From Candidatus Falkowbacteria bacterium RIFOXYA2_FULL_47_19 (GTDB taxonomy: Bacteria > Patescibacteriota > Patescibacteriia > Patescibacteriales > UBA12075), in contig MFGB01000020.1 in NCBI GenBank assembly GCA_001780275.1, positions 40,813 to 104,812 of the forward strand: a DNA stretch of 64,000 nt, written 5' to 3'. How positions within the stretch are numbered: position 1 is the stretch's first letter; each line of letters starts with the position of its first letter. A program made the translations under genes and the position numbers. Under the pieces are notes generated by a model that saw only the letters and a program-made list of their open reading frames with translations, made no database searches and was not told the DNA's origin. Below are positions 8,000 to 17,740 of this stretch, one piece after another.

Positions 8000-9286
8000 T
8001 TAATTTACGATATTCCATTCCCTAAGCTTGTCTATGACCTTGCGGCTCGTGAGGACATTTAAAATATAGCTTCTGTATTCCGGGGTATCGAACCGGCCGG
8101 CCAGATCTTTGTGGTCCTTATATTGTTTTTTCATCTCCTCGACATTTTTTTCCACCTCCGAGGCCTCGACCCTGATCTTTTCCGCTTCGGCCACTTCGCG
8201 CACCAGCAGAGAGGTTTTTACGCGCTTGACCGCTTCCGGCAGAAGGTCGAGGGTAAGCTGTTCCTTGCTTTTGCCCAGGCTCGAAAGATAATCCTCGAAC
8301 TTGCCGCCCCTCTCGGTAACGGTCTGCTCGAGTTCGGCAAGCATGGTGTTCGCTTCGTGTTCGATCAATACCTCCGGCATATCGCCGAAACGGGCTTTAC
8401 CGACCAGTTTTTCAAGCATCTCTTTTTCGGCCGACTGCTCCGCTTCGCGCTTTTTCTGCTCTTCCAGACTCTTTTTTATGTTAGTCGTAAGCTCTTCCAT
8501 GTTCTTAAGTCCGAAACCGGCCGCCAGCTCGTCGTTAAGTTCCGGCAATACGCGTTCGTAAACTTCATTGACCTTAGCCTTGAATTCGATCATCTTTCCG
8601 GCTAAATTTTTCATATGGTGGTCTTTCGGGTAAGGCAAGCTGAATTCGCGGGTCTCGCCCTTTTTCATGCCTAGAATCTTCTTGTCGAAACCGGGCACGA
8701 CATAATTCTTGCCGATAACCACAGCCGCACCTTTGCCCTGGCCGCCCTCGACCGGCACTTTATCCAAAAACATATTGATGTCCGTGAGAACTTTGTCTCC
8801 GTCTTTTATTTCCCGGTCGACCAAAACCTCTTTTACCTTCATTTCCCGGATTTCGTTCATCATCCGGTCTGTTTCCTCCGCCTCGACAGTCGCTTTCTTC
8901 TGCTTGACCTTAAGGTCTTTATATTCTCCGAGCGTAACCGCCGGCAATATCGCGATAACGATCTTATAGACAAGAGGATTGCCGGGAGCGATCTTCGTGA
9001 TATCGACCTTCGGACTTCCCACCGGTTGGCCCTTGACGTGCTCCCTGAATACCTTGTCGATGGTTTTATCAATCGCGATCCGACTGGCCTCCTCAAGGAT
9101 CGTCATCTCCCCGATCTTCTTCTTTAATATTTCATAAGGCACGTTGCCCGGGCGGAAACCGTCGATCTTCACTTCCCGCGAGACCTTGGCCGCGCCTGCG
9201 AGGATATACGGTTTGAATTCGTCTACCGACAGTTCGACGGTCAGTTCCACCTGCGACTTCGGCAGTTCTTTTTTTTCTACATGCAT
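8000..9286 (-). CDS. tig: Trigger factor
   Basis: The N-terminal ribosome-binding region GFRPGNVP, a central PPIase-like segment and a helical C-domain are all present at full length (428 aa). Confidence 0.93.
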   Translation of the reverse strand: MHVEKKELPKSQVELTVELSVDEFKPYILAGAAKVSREVKIDGFRPGNVPYEILKKKIGEMTILEEASRIAIDKTIDKVFREHVKGQPVGSPKVDITKIAPGNPLVYKIVIAILPAVTLGEYKDLKVKQKKATVEAEETDRMMNEIREMKVKEVLVDREIKDGDKVLTDINMFLDKVPVEGGQGKGAAVVIGKNYVVPGFDKKILGMKKGETREFSLPYPKDHHMKNLAGKMIEFKAKVNEVYERVLPELNDELAAGFGLKNMEELTTNIKKSLEEQKKREAEQSAEKEMLEKLVGKARFGDMPEVLIEHEANTMLAELEQTVTERGGKFEDYLSSLGKSKEQLTLDLLPEAVKRVKTSLLVREVAEAEKIRVEASEVEKNVEEMKKQYKDHKDLAGRFDTPEYRSYILNVLTSRKVIDKLREWNIVN

Positions 9287-9401
9287 ACGTATAATGCGAA
9301 TCTACGAATGATATGCGAATCCGCGAATATGCGAATCCGGCATACCAATTGTATTCCGTCAATTAGCTTGTATAGAATATCTTTTTGGCAATAACTTAAA
9401 A

Positions 9402-9989
9402 CTATTTCTTATTCCGGTCAACCCACCATTGATCGTCCTTGTTTCCGAACCACCATTCGTCGGAATTGGTTTTGAGCGCTTCATCGGCCAATCTTACGGC
9501 CGAGGCGGTCTTCAGCCTTTTTACGACCGCTCCGATCCAGGTTTCGGCGCGCTTGTTGCCGATATCGATCTGTTCCTTCAGGGAAAGCAGGAATTCAAGC
9601 TGGTCGGCGTCATGCGCGATAATGGATTCCGGCGTTTTCTTCTCGTTATATTCCCGGATAAGATCCTTAAGCTCGCCGCCGAATTCCAGGGTCGCGGCTA
9701 GATCGTCCGTAGCCTTGTCTTCGTCGGTTCGGGCGTATTTCTGGTGGACATAATTAAGGTCGCTCGTCCGTGTTTCGGCCAGGTCGTGAAAAAGACAAAG
9801 CTTCATGGTCTTCGCGCTGTCGCAATTTTTTTCCAGGGCTGATAAAACATAACCGATGAACACTACCCGGTTGTTGTGCTCGGCTACCGATTGCCGGCCG
9901 CTTCCCAGGAAATGAAAACCGCTCCGGGGCGTTTTCGCCATCATTCCGGCCTCGAAAAGAAAATTAACAACGGATTTTAAATCTGGCAT
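9402..9989 (-). CDS. HD-domain phosphohydrolase (YfbR-like 5'-nucleotidase type)
   Basis: SVAEH...LFHDLAETRTSD... gives the H..HD..D metal-site pattern. Confidence 0.8.
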   Translation of the reverse strand: MPDLKSVVNFLFEAGMMAKTPRSGFHFLGSGRQSVAEHNNRVVFIGYVLSALEKNCDSAKTMKLCLFHDLAETRTSDLNYVHQKYARTDEDKATDDLAATLEFGGELKDLIREYNEKKTPESIIAHDADQLEFLLSLKEQIDIGNKRAETWIGAVVKRLKTASAVRLADEALKTNSDEWWFGNKDDQWWVDRNKK

Positions 9990-10027
9990 ATCAAAGCGCT
10001 TTTTAAAGAAAGATGAATAATTATTCG

Positions 10028-10960
10028 TTATTTATCGAAAACCTCCGTGAACTTCGGCACGACCTGCTTCTTTCTCGACATGATGCCCGGTATGTAAACC
10101 TGGTTTTTATCGAGTTTCGCTCCCAGGGCTTTTTCCACTTCTTCGGTATTGTCCGCCGCGACCAGGAAAAGGGAGCCCTCTTTCATGATATCGGTAATAA
10201 AAAGTATCACGCCGCGATAGCCGTTCTTTGTTTTCATGTCTTCCAAAGCGGCCAGGAGCTCCTCTTTCCGCCCGTCGAATTCGCTAAGATCAACCGTCTC
10301 GATCTGGCCGAAGCCGAATTTACCGGCCTTGAATTCATAATCCTTAAAATCGTTCTTGATTATCCCTTCGGCGGTCATGTCGCCCACGCCCGCCTTTATT
10401 TTGAACATCTCAAGGCCGTATTTTCGCCAATCGTCGATTCCGGCGAGCGGCGCCAATTCGGCGATTATCCCCTTATCCTTTTCGGTGCAGGTCGGGGACT
10501 TAGTGATCACGGTATCGTCCAGTATCGCCGAGAGCATCAATCCGGCCATCTTCTTGTCTATTTTAAAACCGGCGATCTTACAGAGTGAATAAATAATGGA
10601 ATTGCTCGAACCCCAGGGACGGATATCGAGATATATCGGTTCTTCATAAGAAAAATTCACTTTGTGGTGGTCAAGTATCGCGAATACCTTCGCTTTTTCC
10701 CGGCCGTCGACCGATTGCGAAGCCTCGTTATGGTCGACCAGGATAAGCTTCTTTCCGGCCGCGTCCTCCAAAAGCTCCGGAGCCTTAAAGCCGAATTTAT
10801 CCAAGACGAATGCCGTTACCTTATTGATCTCTCCGGCCCGCGCGGGCGCGTAATTGTCCGTTTTTAATACATAGTTCAAAAAATCGGCGTAGTTAATGGC
10901 GGCCGCCACCGAATCGAGGTCGGGGGATTTATGGCCGATGACGTAAATCTTGTCGCTCAT
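10028..10960 (-). CDS. ppaC: Family II (DHH) manganese-dependent inorganic pyrophosphatase
   Basis: VIGHKSPDLDSVAAAINYADFL, VDHNE and ILDHHK motifs, with a DHHA2-like C-domain. Confidence 0.88.
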   Translation of the reverse strand: MSDKIYVIGHKSPDLDSVAAAINYADFLNYVLKTDNYAPARAGEINKVTAFVLDKFGFKAPELLEDAAGKKLILVDHNEASQSVDGREKAKVFAILDHHKVNFSYEEPIYLDIRPWGSSNSIIYSLCKIAGFKIDKKMAGLMLSAILDDTVITKSPTCTEKDKGIIAELAPLAGIDDWRKYGLEMFKIKAGVGDMTAEGIIKNDFKDYEFKAGKFGFGQIETVDLSEFDGRKEELLAALEDMKTKNGYRGVILFITDIMKEGSLFLVAADNTEEVEKALGAKLDKNQVYIPGIMSRKKQVVPKFTEVFDK

Positions 10961-11068
10961 AGCTCATGACGCATAACTCTCCGCCGCCTTTGGCGGGATA
11001 ACCCGCGGAGAACTATATTTATCGGGGGACGGGGTTATGCGGATTTAATATTTAGAGGATATGAATAA

Positions 11069-12454
11069 TTATTTTTCTGTTTTATCTTCCGCCTGTTCCG
11101 GATTTTCCGAAGAATCTTCCCTTTTTTTCTCCGTCTTCTCTTTCTTTTCCTTTTTTGTCTTTTCTCTTTTCACTTTCTTTTCTTTCTTCCCCTCTTCCTT
11201 ACCTGCCGTTTCGCCCTCTTCCGCGCTGTCTTTCTCCGCTTTTTCTTCGGCCTTCGTTTCTTCCCCGGCTTCCGGGGCCGCTTCTTTCTTCTTGGTTTTA
11301 GATTCGGTTATGTCTATTTTCCAGCCGGTAAGCTTGGCCGCGAGGCGGGCGTTCTGGCCGCCTTTGCCGATCGCGAGCGAAAGCTGGTCCGCGGCCACCG
11401 AAACGGTCGCCTTTCTTTCTTTTTCGTTAAGATCGATCGACACTATCTTGGCCGGCGAGAGGGCGTTGGCGATATATTTGATCGGATCGTCGTCGTATTC
11501 TATAATATCGACCTTCTCCCCGCCCAATTCGGAAATGATCGTCTGGATGCGGGCGCCTCTTTGCCCCACGCAGGATCCGATCGGGTCGACGTTATCGGAG
11601 TCGGTCCAAACCGCCACCTTCGAACGGAAACCGGCTTCGCGGGCGACGCCCTTAAGCTCGATCAGGCTGTTCGAGATCTCCGGGATTTCAAGGTAAAAAA
11701 CCTTTCTTAATATTTCTTCGGAGGTGCGGGAAAGGATTATCTCGGGGCCTTTCGGCCGGAGACCTACCTCTTTAACGTAAACTTTCACCCTTTCGCCGGG
11801 ACGGTAAATTTCTCCCGGGATCTGCTCTTCCGGAGGAATTATACCGACCGATTTGCCCAGGTCCACTAAAACGATCTTCCCCTCCCGACGCTGGACCACG
11901 CCGCTTACCACTTCGTGTTCCTTTTCCTTGAAATCGTTGAACACCATCTCCCGTTCGGCTTCCCGGAGGCGCTGGATGATCACCTGCTTGGCGGTCTGGG
12001 CGGCCATGCGGCCGTAAGAGTCCGGCACTTCCAGGCGGGTTTTTATCTCATCGCCGACCTTGGCGGTTTTTTTTAAAAGTTTGGCGTCGGACAGCTGGAT
12101 CTCGGTCTTCGGATTGAATTTCCTTATCTCCTCTTCCGGAACGGCTTCTCCGTTCCCGATTCCCGGGTCTTCCTTTATTTCTTCCGCGGCCTCATTTTTA
12201 GGCTCGACTTCGCCTTCCGCCTCTTCCGCGGACGGCTCCGGTTCTTCCGGCATGTCTTCGACCACGGTTTTAACGTCATAAACCTTGGACTTGGCTATGT
12301 CCTCGTTGAATTCGACTTTAATATTCTGGTTTTTCTGCCCGAAGTCCTTGCGATAGGCCGCGGCTAAGGCGGATTCGATCGTGACAATGACCGCGTCATA
12401 GCTTAATCCTTTTTCCTCGCAGACTTGCTTGATGGCGTTGGTTAGATCGCTCAT
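11069..12454 (-). CDS. nusA: Transcription termination/antitermination factor NusA with an acidic insertion and a Lys/Glu-rich C-terminal tail
   Basis: N-terminal domain, S1 domain (GVVQRREGKIVLVDLG) and KH1/KH2 with GxxG (AIGKGGQNARLA). The roughly 75-aa KE-rich tail replaces the AR repeats. Confidence 0.93.
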   Translation of the reverse strand: MSDLTNAIKQVCEEKGLSYDAVIVTIESALAAAYRKDFGQKNQNIKVEFNEDIAKSKVYDVKTVVEDMPEEPEPSAEEAEGEVEPKNEAAEEIKEDPGIGNGEAVPEEEIRKFNPKTEIQLSDAKLLKKTAKVGDEIKTRLEVPDSYGRMAAQTAKQVIIQRLREAEREMVFNDFKEKEHEVVSGVVQRREGKIVLVDLGKSVGIIPPEEQIPGEIYRPGERVKVYVKEVGLRPKGPEIILSRTSEEILRKVFYLEIPEISNSLIELKGVAREAGFRSKVAVWTDSDNVDPIGSCVGQRGARIQTIISELGGEKVDIIEYDDDPIKYIANALSPAKIVSIDLNEKERKATVSVAADQLSLAIGKGGQNARLAAKLTGWKIDITESKTKKKEAAPEAGEETKAEEKAEKDSAEEGETAGKEEGKKEKKVKREKTKKEKKEKTEKKREDSSENPEQAEDKTEK

Positions 12455-12663
12455 ATTGTTTATTTGATAATCATTTTCGTTTATTTCGTGACCATTCGCT
12501 TATTTCATTCCGGTCGTTTGCGTAACCCAGATATGAAATTATCGAAAAGCCGTGAATAAACGCTATTCAATGAAATTTATTAAAAAAGGCTAGTTTATCT
12601 TTACGATAACTAGCCTGATATTAAAAATCATATCATGGACGGATTTATTTGTCAAGGGCGCGA

Positions 12664-13596
12664 CTATTGGTCGACATTACCCCCTTCGATTACCCGCCTT
12701 TTTATCAAAACCAATTCCGCTTCAGCTCCAACGCTGAAAGCTTCGAGGAATAGCTGTTTTAAATCGCTGTCAGAAAGCTCCGGCGACGCCTTGATCGCGT
12801 CAAGCCGCCCCGACAACTCGGGAATTTGCCGTTCCCAACCGGCAAGGAGAGCCTTGGTTTCGGCGGCGATTTTAGTACCAACCTCCGCCTTCGCGAGAGT
12901 GACCGTATAAATCCTTTCCTCGTTTTTTAGGACAAGCGTAACCTGACCTTCCGTTGCCCGGATCAAATCATTGACCTTATTGGCGATTTTCCCGATATTA
13001 TCAAACCGTTCGCTGATCGTAGAAGCTCCGATCTTATACCCGTCAACGGGAATTCCGTTAACCGAGACCAGGCGGTCGCCGACCTTCATCGGGGACGATT
13101 GAGCCGGCGAATCGTGGAAGATCATGCTTATCTCGATGACCAGTACATCGGTCTGGCCCCTGATTATGTCCAGGACATTCTGGTGTGCCGGCCTCATTCT
13201 GATGCCAATCCCAGAAAACGGGAATATTTTAGCCGCTTCCGAGAGAATATCGGTAGATTCTTTGAGATCCTGCCGGGAATCGGCGATCCTCCGCTCTATG
13301 GCCCTGATCTTATCTTCCCGGGAGATTTGATTCCATGTCTTATCGGCATCATTCTGGTGCGCCGTAATATTTACCTTAAAGCCTTCGGGATGAACCCCCC
13401 ATCTGGCCCCGTCTTCGATAACGATTTTTTCGTATTTTTTCTCAAAAACGAACCAGGCGTGGCTGTTCAGCTCGGAATAAGCACCAAAGAATTCCTCCTT
13501 GTTCGTTTCTCTGGTTATATCCACGCCGATCAAAACGATCAAAACGAAGAATGCCACGATAGCGGATACGGTGATTTTTAAAGTACCTTTTTTCAT
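12664..13596 (-). CDS. Membrane-anchored PDZ-domain protein
   Basis: N-terminal TM, and a PDZ-like segment SPMKVGDRLVSVNGIPVDG. Confidence 0.5.
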   Translation of the reverse strand: MKKGTLKITVSAIVAFFVLIVLIGVDITRETNKEEFFGAYSELNSHAWFVFEKKYEKIVIEDGARWGVHPEGFKVNITAHQNDADKTWNQISREDKIRAIERRIADSRQDLKESTDILSEAAKIFPFSGIGIRMRPAHQNVLDIIRGQTDVLVIEISMIFHDSPAQSSPMKVGDRLVSVNGIPVDGYKIGASTISERFDNIGKIANKVNDLIRATEGQVTLVLKNEERIYTVTLAKAEVGTKIAAETKALLAGWERQIPELSGRLDAIKASPELSDSDLKQLFLEAFSVGAEAELVLIKRRVIEGGNVDQ

Positions 13597-13774
13597 TTTT
13601 CCTCCTTGCGGTCAAGACCCGAAAAATAAAATTCAGATAAAAATTTTTTTAACCTTATCACACGTTCGTTGTTTTTACAATAGCCCACGTTTTAGAAATG
13701 TATTGACTTTATGTGTTCTTTTGTTTAAAATAAGATAATCATAAAAAAATGATCTTTGAAAAAGGGGAATAAAA

Positions 13775-14344
13775 ATGAGAGACGAGAGGATAGGACTTAT
13801 AGAAAATTCCGACCTGACCTTAATAAACAAACTTCTTCTGTTGCTCGTATTTCTTGGCGAAAAACCGGCTACGGAAATTATTTTACGCGCCTGCGTTGAA
13901 TATCCGTATAAAAATACGATAAAACCAAAGGAGCGGCTTATTCCTGAGATCAAGGAATTATTGAACGCGCTCGGCCTAAGTTATAGCGTCAGGATAATTT
14001 ATTCTTCCGGCCATGTTTTTTTATACATATCCCGGGACCAGGAAACAATAAACGGAATAAGCAAGTCTCTTTATCCGAGAGATGATGAAAAATTCGGCCG
14101 ATACATGGGTTTTCCCGAAACCGCGATTGAGGCGTTTTTAAAAAAAAGGCCGAAACTTAACAAAGAACGAAGCCGCAAAATCGTGGAAAGTAAATTATTA
14201 TTTTTTGCCGGCTTTGTTTTTTCAGAAGAATTCAATTTAAAAGAGCTAAAAGAATTTTCGGTCAGACGGTATTTGGCGGTCAGGAAAAATTCCCCGCGAT
14301 TATTTTGGGAAAACAGTATTTTTTGTAAATATTATTTCGGATGA
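13775..14344 (+). CDS. Hypothetical protein
   Basis: 189-aa ORF with SD aaaagggga upstream. No family recognised. Confidence 0.5.
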   Translation: MRDERIGLIENSDLTLINKLLLLLVFLGEKPATEIILRACVEYPYKNTIKPKERLIPEIKELLNALGLSYSVRIIYSSGHVFLYISRDQETINGISKSLYPRDDEKFGRYMGFPETAIEAFLKKRPKLNKERSRKIVESKLLFFAGFVFSEEFNLKELKEFSVRRYLAVRKNSPRLFWENSIFCKYYFG

Positions 14345-14741
14345 TGTAAAATATCAGTCTCCGGATTGCTTCCAATCGGTTCTTAACAAACAACAAAAAA
14401 AATCGACTTCCGCGTCGATTTTTTGTTGGTTTATATTTTTTACTGATAATATTTTTGGTTCGGCTCGAAATAAGCTCCGTAAAATTGCGTATCGGCAGTT
14501 TTCGCGCCAATAGATGCCGGCATAATCAAGTAACGAAAACGATAACGTATACGTAATTTTTAAGATACGGTTCTTCATTTTTCCTCTTCAGCGATGGCAA
14601 TACGGTTAAAAATTGGAAAAAATTCTCTTGACATTAACTGCACAAAATATAGAGAAAAAAATCAGTTTTGTCAAGAAGAAGCTCGCGCCCGCATCAATGG
14701 AAAAAAAACAGGAGCTCTGTTATCGGGCTCCCGTGCGATAC

Positions 14742-15611
14742 TTATAATTTCCGAAAGGCGAAAACGCCGTGATGGCTACAGTTATCCCGCCGGCTGTCGA
14801 CGTGGCTGTAAGCAAAACTGACATGATAGGTTTTATCGAGTATCCGGGTCGGAAAAATAGCCGCCTCGAATTCACGGTCGCGTCTATGTTCCGACGTAAT
14901 TATCGTCGTGTCAGGCACGTTGCAATAGCGGCCATCGGTAATTGTGCAGCCGTAATACGGCGGCAGGCTTTCGATCGTCGCGCGGTTCTTTGTGTTGTAC
15001 AGGCAATGAAGGGCCGTTAATTCGCAGGCGAGAGGGACCATATATTCTTCCGGCAGATATGCCTGTTGCCGCTCCCATGACCAGGAAGGCGAATTCGGCA
15101 CAATCCTCAGGTACATAAGGTACCAGCTGAAACGGGGATGGGTTTTCCGGAAATAATCGCCGTCGCCGTGGCAGGAACCGGACACTCCGCAAGGATATCC
15201 ATCGTCCGGGTGGAGTTTTGACCATTTTTCGAGCGTGAATTCCTTCCGGTCCGGGATAGAGAACAGGAAATGATTATTCCTGACGCGGTCATTGCGGGTT
15301 CGATCGAAAGGGCAGGGGCTCTCTAGAATTTCTTCCAAACGCTCCGCTGCGATTGGCAATGGCGGGGTAATATCTCGCGGATATCCGTAAAAAATCTGCC
15401 AGTCTAGGTGCGAGAAGAACCGGTCCGGCGGCAAGAGCCTTAAAAGCATCCTGGTCGTTTCGCACTCGATCTTGTCCGGACACGAATACTTCCCGAGGGC
15501 GGCGGAGAGCCGGCTCACGTAATCCATGTCTTTGGTCATGTACCTGGATTTTTGTGCCAGGTATGCCTGATAATCGTTAATGGTTTTCCGGGTCGCCTCT
15601 TCGTTCGTCAT
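14742..15611 (-). CDS. Hypothetical Cys/His/Trp-rich protein
   Basis: 289-aa ORF. A minus-strand promoter (TTGACA, 18-nt spacer, TAAAAT) lies at 15680-15709. No family recognised. Confidence 0.6.
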   Translation of the reverse strand: MTNEEATRKTINDYQAYLAQKSRYMTKDMDYVSRLSAALGKYSCPDKIECETTRMLLRLLPPDRFFSHLDWQIFYGYPRDITPPLPIAAERLEEILESPCPFDRTRNDRVRNNHFLFSIPDRKEFTLEKWSKLHPDDGYPCGVSGSCHGDGDYFRKTHPRFSWYLMYLRIVPNSPSWSWERQQAYLPEEYMVPLACELTALHCLYNTKNRATIESLPPYYGCTITDGRYCNVPDTTIITSEHRRDREFEAAIFPTRILDKTYHVSFAYSHVDSRRDNCSHHGVFAFRKL

Positions 15612-15679
15612 GATACTCCTTTCGCTATTCGGTTTATTTATTAAGGTACAAAATTATTGAATGCTTTCTTATTAGTTGC

Positions 15680-15709
15680 ATTTTAAACGAGGATGCGAGG
15701 CATGTCAAT
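15680..15709 (-). promoter_or_regulatory. Sigma70-like promoter for 14742..15611
   Basis: Minus strand reads TTGACA atgcctcgcatcctcgtt TAAAAT. Confidence 0.45.
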
Positions 15710-15714
15710 CGAAA

Positions 15715-15752
15715 AACAAAAAACACCCGGCCAGGTTTATGGTGGGATGTTT
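15715..15752 (-). repeat. CACCC(C)-type palindromic element (family copy, minus orientation)
   Basis: Minus strand reads aacatcccaccataaacctggccgggtgtttttt, close to the copy at 23171. Confidence 0.55.
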
Positions 15753-15830
15753 GGTATTAAAATCAAAAAAGAACAAAGGCCCAGTCTGGATTGACTGAGC
15801 CTTTTAAGCAAAGAACGGCGGTGGTACGCC

Positions 15831-16376
15831 TTAGGTCAGGCTGACGATGTACGGAAAATCCTTGGGGAGCTTGACGCTACGAAGCCAGTCGGAAACGAAT
15901 TCGTATTTTTCCGCCCCGCTAATGATAGCGTTGGCGTGGGTGACAGGGTCGTGGTGCTTCATCGAGTTGTAACGGTAAACGGTGTAACCGTTTTCCACGC
16001 ACCATTTCGCGAAAGCGGCGTCGTAGATAAAGCTGGTATCATAATCCAGCCATTTTTCATATCCGTGATAGCCTGGTTTGCGCCGCGGGTATCCCGGGGT
16101 ATCGGCGATATGCGGTTCGAGGTTGGCATCTTTCAGGGCATCCCGAACCTTTACCTCGCTTTTATCCTGTCTGTACAGGTACATCATGTCGTCTTCACAG
16201 TTGGTGGCCTCGCCGTTTTCTCCGGGCGTAAAGCCGTAGTCTCCGCCGCAATGAAAACAGTAGTGGGTATTCCCTCTTTCCTTCATCTGCTTAAAGGTAA
16301 AACGGCTGAAAAAAAACGCCGGTTTGTTAAGTTCCCTGGCTTTCATGTGGGTAAAAATAATTCCTGTAGGGCTCAC
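15831..16376 (-). CDS. Hypothetical protein
   Basis: 181-aa ORF with a GTG start preceded by aaaggag. Contains THYCFHCGG. No family recognised. Confidence 0.55.
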   Translation of the reverse strand: MSPTGIIFTHMKARELNKPAFFFSRFTFKQMKERGNTHYCFHCGGDYGFTPGENGEATNCEDDMMYLYRQDKSEVKVRDALKDANLEPHIADTPGYPRRKPGYHGYEKWLDYDTSFIYDAAFAKWCVENGYTVYRYNSMKHHDPVTHANAIISGAEKYEFVSDWLRSVKLPKDFPYIVSLT

Positions 16377-16571
16377 TCCTGTGTCTCCTTTCGGTTTTTA
16401 TCGTTTATCGACAAATTTTCAAAGATTTTGACTATATATCGTAATTTTATATAATATCAGATTTTTTATAAAATGTCAAGCCACGTTTTATATATTATTT
16501 ATTTTTAGCAATTTTTCGTCACCATAAGGTCACAAGTTTTTCCCTGCGGCGCAAGCGGTACAGAGAGAAAT

Positions 16572-16607
16572 AAAAACACCCCCGGGTTTGAATGTTGGGG
16601 CGTTTAA
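16572..16607 (-). repeat. CACCCC-type palindromic element (family copy, minus orientation)
   Basis: Minus strand reads aaacgccccaacattcaaacccgggggtgttttt. The loop attcaaacc is shared with the copy at 26326. Confidence 0.55.
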
Positions 16608-16627
16608 AATAAGTGATTTTCCGGCGA

Positions 16628-16681
16628 TCTCTCCCTCTCCCGCGGCGGCGCCAGCCGGGGGAGAGGGGTAGGGGTGAGGGC
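16628..16681. repeat. G/C-tract palindromic repeat (GGGGAGAGGGG...GGGGTGAGGG type)
   Basis: ctctccctctcccgcggcggcgccagccgggggagaggggtaggggtgaggg. Related tracts occur at 24044-24117 and 26362-26500. Confidence 0.55.
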
Positions 16682-16754
16682 AAAAAACCGCAAAACAAAA
16701 ACCCCTTAATTTAAGAAGTTGCTTTTTTACGGGGCTTATAATCTAGCAACGCCT

Positions 16755-17537
16755 TTACTCCGCCAAAGTCTCCATGCGGCGGCTGACGCTCCAGAGAAGA
16801 TCGAAGAATCCGAGCATCATCTCGGTAGTCGCGCGGCTTTTAACGACCCAGGCGAGACCCTCGCGCTTCGTCGTGAAAAAAGCCGTATAGTCGTCCCAGA
16901 TCATGACCGAAGAGCGGAAAAAAAGTTCCGGGGGCAGGAACTTCGCTTCCCGGAGCTCTTTCTCGTGGACGCGCTTATTATATTTCTTTATCTCGAATTT
17001 TTCGACCCTTAAACTCTTAAGCCTTACTCCGGCCGCCAGGCGCCGGCGCGTAAAGTGGAATTTTTCCCCGAGGATCTCCTGGAAATCCCGGGCCGAAACT
17101 ATTTCATAAACCAATTTGCTTTCCGCCTTGAGCGCCTCGTGAAAAATATCACTCATCCGGACGCGGTCGTAGATCTTGATCCGGGCCGAAGGAGCCTCTT
17201 CGGCTTTTAGGGTGTTGAGCAGCGGAATAATACCGCCTATATCATGGATCTTCCTTTCGAAGATTCTTTTTAATTCTCCGGGTTCGGCAGCGGAAAAAAG
17301 CTTCTGCGACCGGTCTTTGGTAACGGCCGCGAAGCCGCCCTTATTAAGCTGAGCCGCGACGTATTTCGTGGTGGTTAAGGGCCAGCCGGCGAGCTTCGCC
17401 AGGGACGAGAGGTTTAAGGGCCGGTTGGCCTCGAGAAGCGCCAGATAAGCCGCTCTTTCCCGGCCGGATAATCCGAGGCTTTCCAGAACTTCGGATATCT
17501 CCTGCCGCTTTAATTCCGACAAAGAATCGTATTTCAT
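16755..17537 (-). CDS. TrmB-like HTH transcriptional regulator (paralog of 234..986)
   Basis: LGLSGRERAAYLALLEANRPLNLSSLAKLAGWPLTTTKYVAAQLNKGGF resembles the TrmB N-domain. Length is similar to the first copy. Confidence 0.65.
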   Translation of the reverse strand: MKYDSLSELKRQEISEVLESLGLSGRERAAYLALLEANRPLNLSSLAKLAGWPLTTTKYVAAQLNKGGFAAVTKDRSQKLFSAAEPGELKRIFERKIHDIGGIIPLLNTLKAEEAPSARIKIYDRVRMSDIFHEALKAESKLVYEIVSARDFQEILGEKFHFTRRRLAAGVRLKSLRVEKFEIKKYNKRVHEKELREAKFLPPELFFRSSVMIWDDYTAFFTTKREGLAWVVKSRATTEMMLGFFDLLWSVSRRMETLAE

Positions 17538-17740
17538 ATATATTATTTTTATTTACTTTATATATCGAAAATAAACTAAAATTTTCGTAGTAATAAATTA
17601 ATATTATTTATTTAATTATAGACAAAAAATTTATTTTTGTCAAAATACTTACTAATTTTTATATATCTATTTTTAAATTCATGTAAATATATAGCTGTAA
17701 GCGAATTGTTCTTTGAAAAACAAAACGAAGGAGAACTGGG

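Noticed and set aside
8111-8605. Antisense ORFs inside tig, nusA, infB, ppaC and the 806-aa gene (for example 8111..8605, 11061..11696, 48050..48991, 54852..55328, 10013..10588)
   Set aside because: They lie opposite strongly supported genes, have low-complexity or Ser/Arg/Phe-rich translations, lack SD sequences, and are the usual shadow frames of long ORFs.
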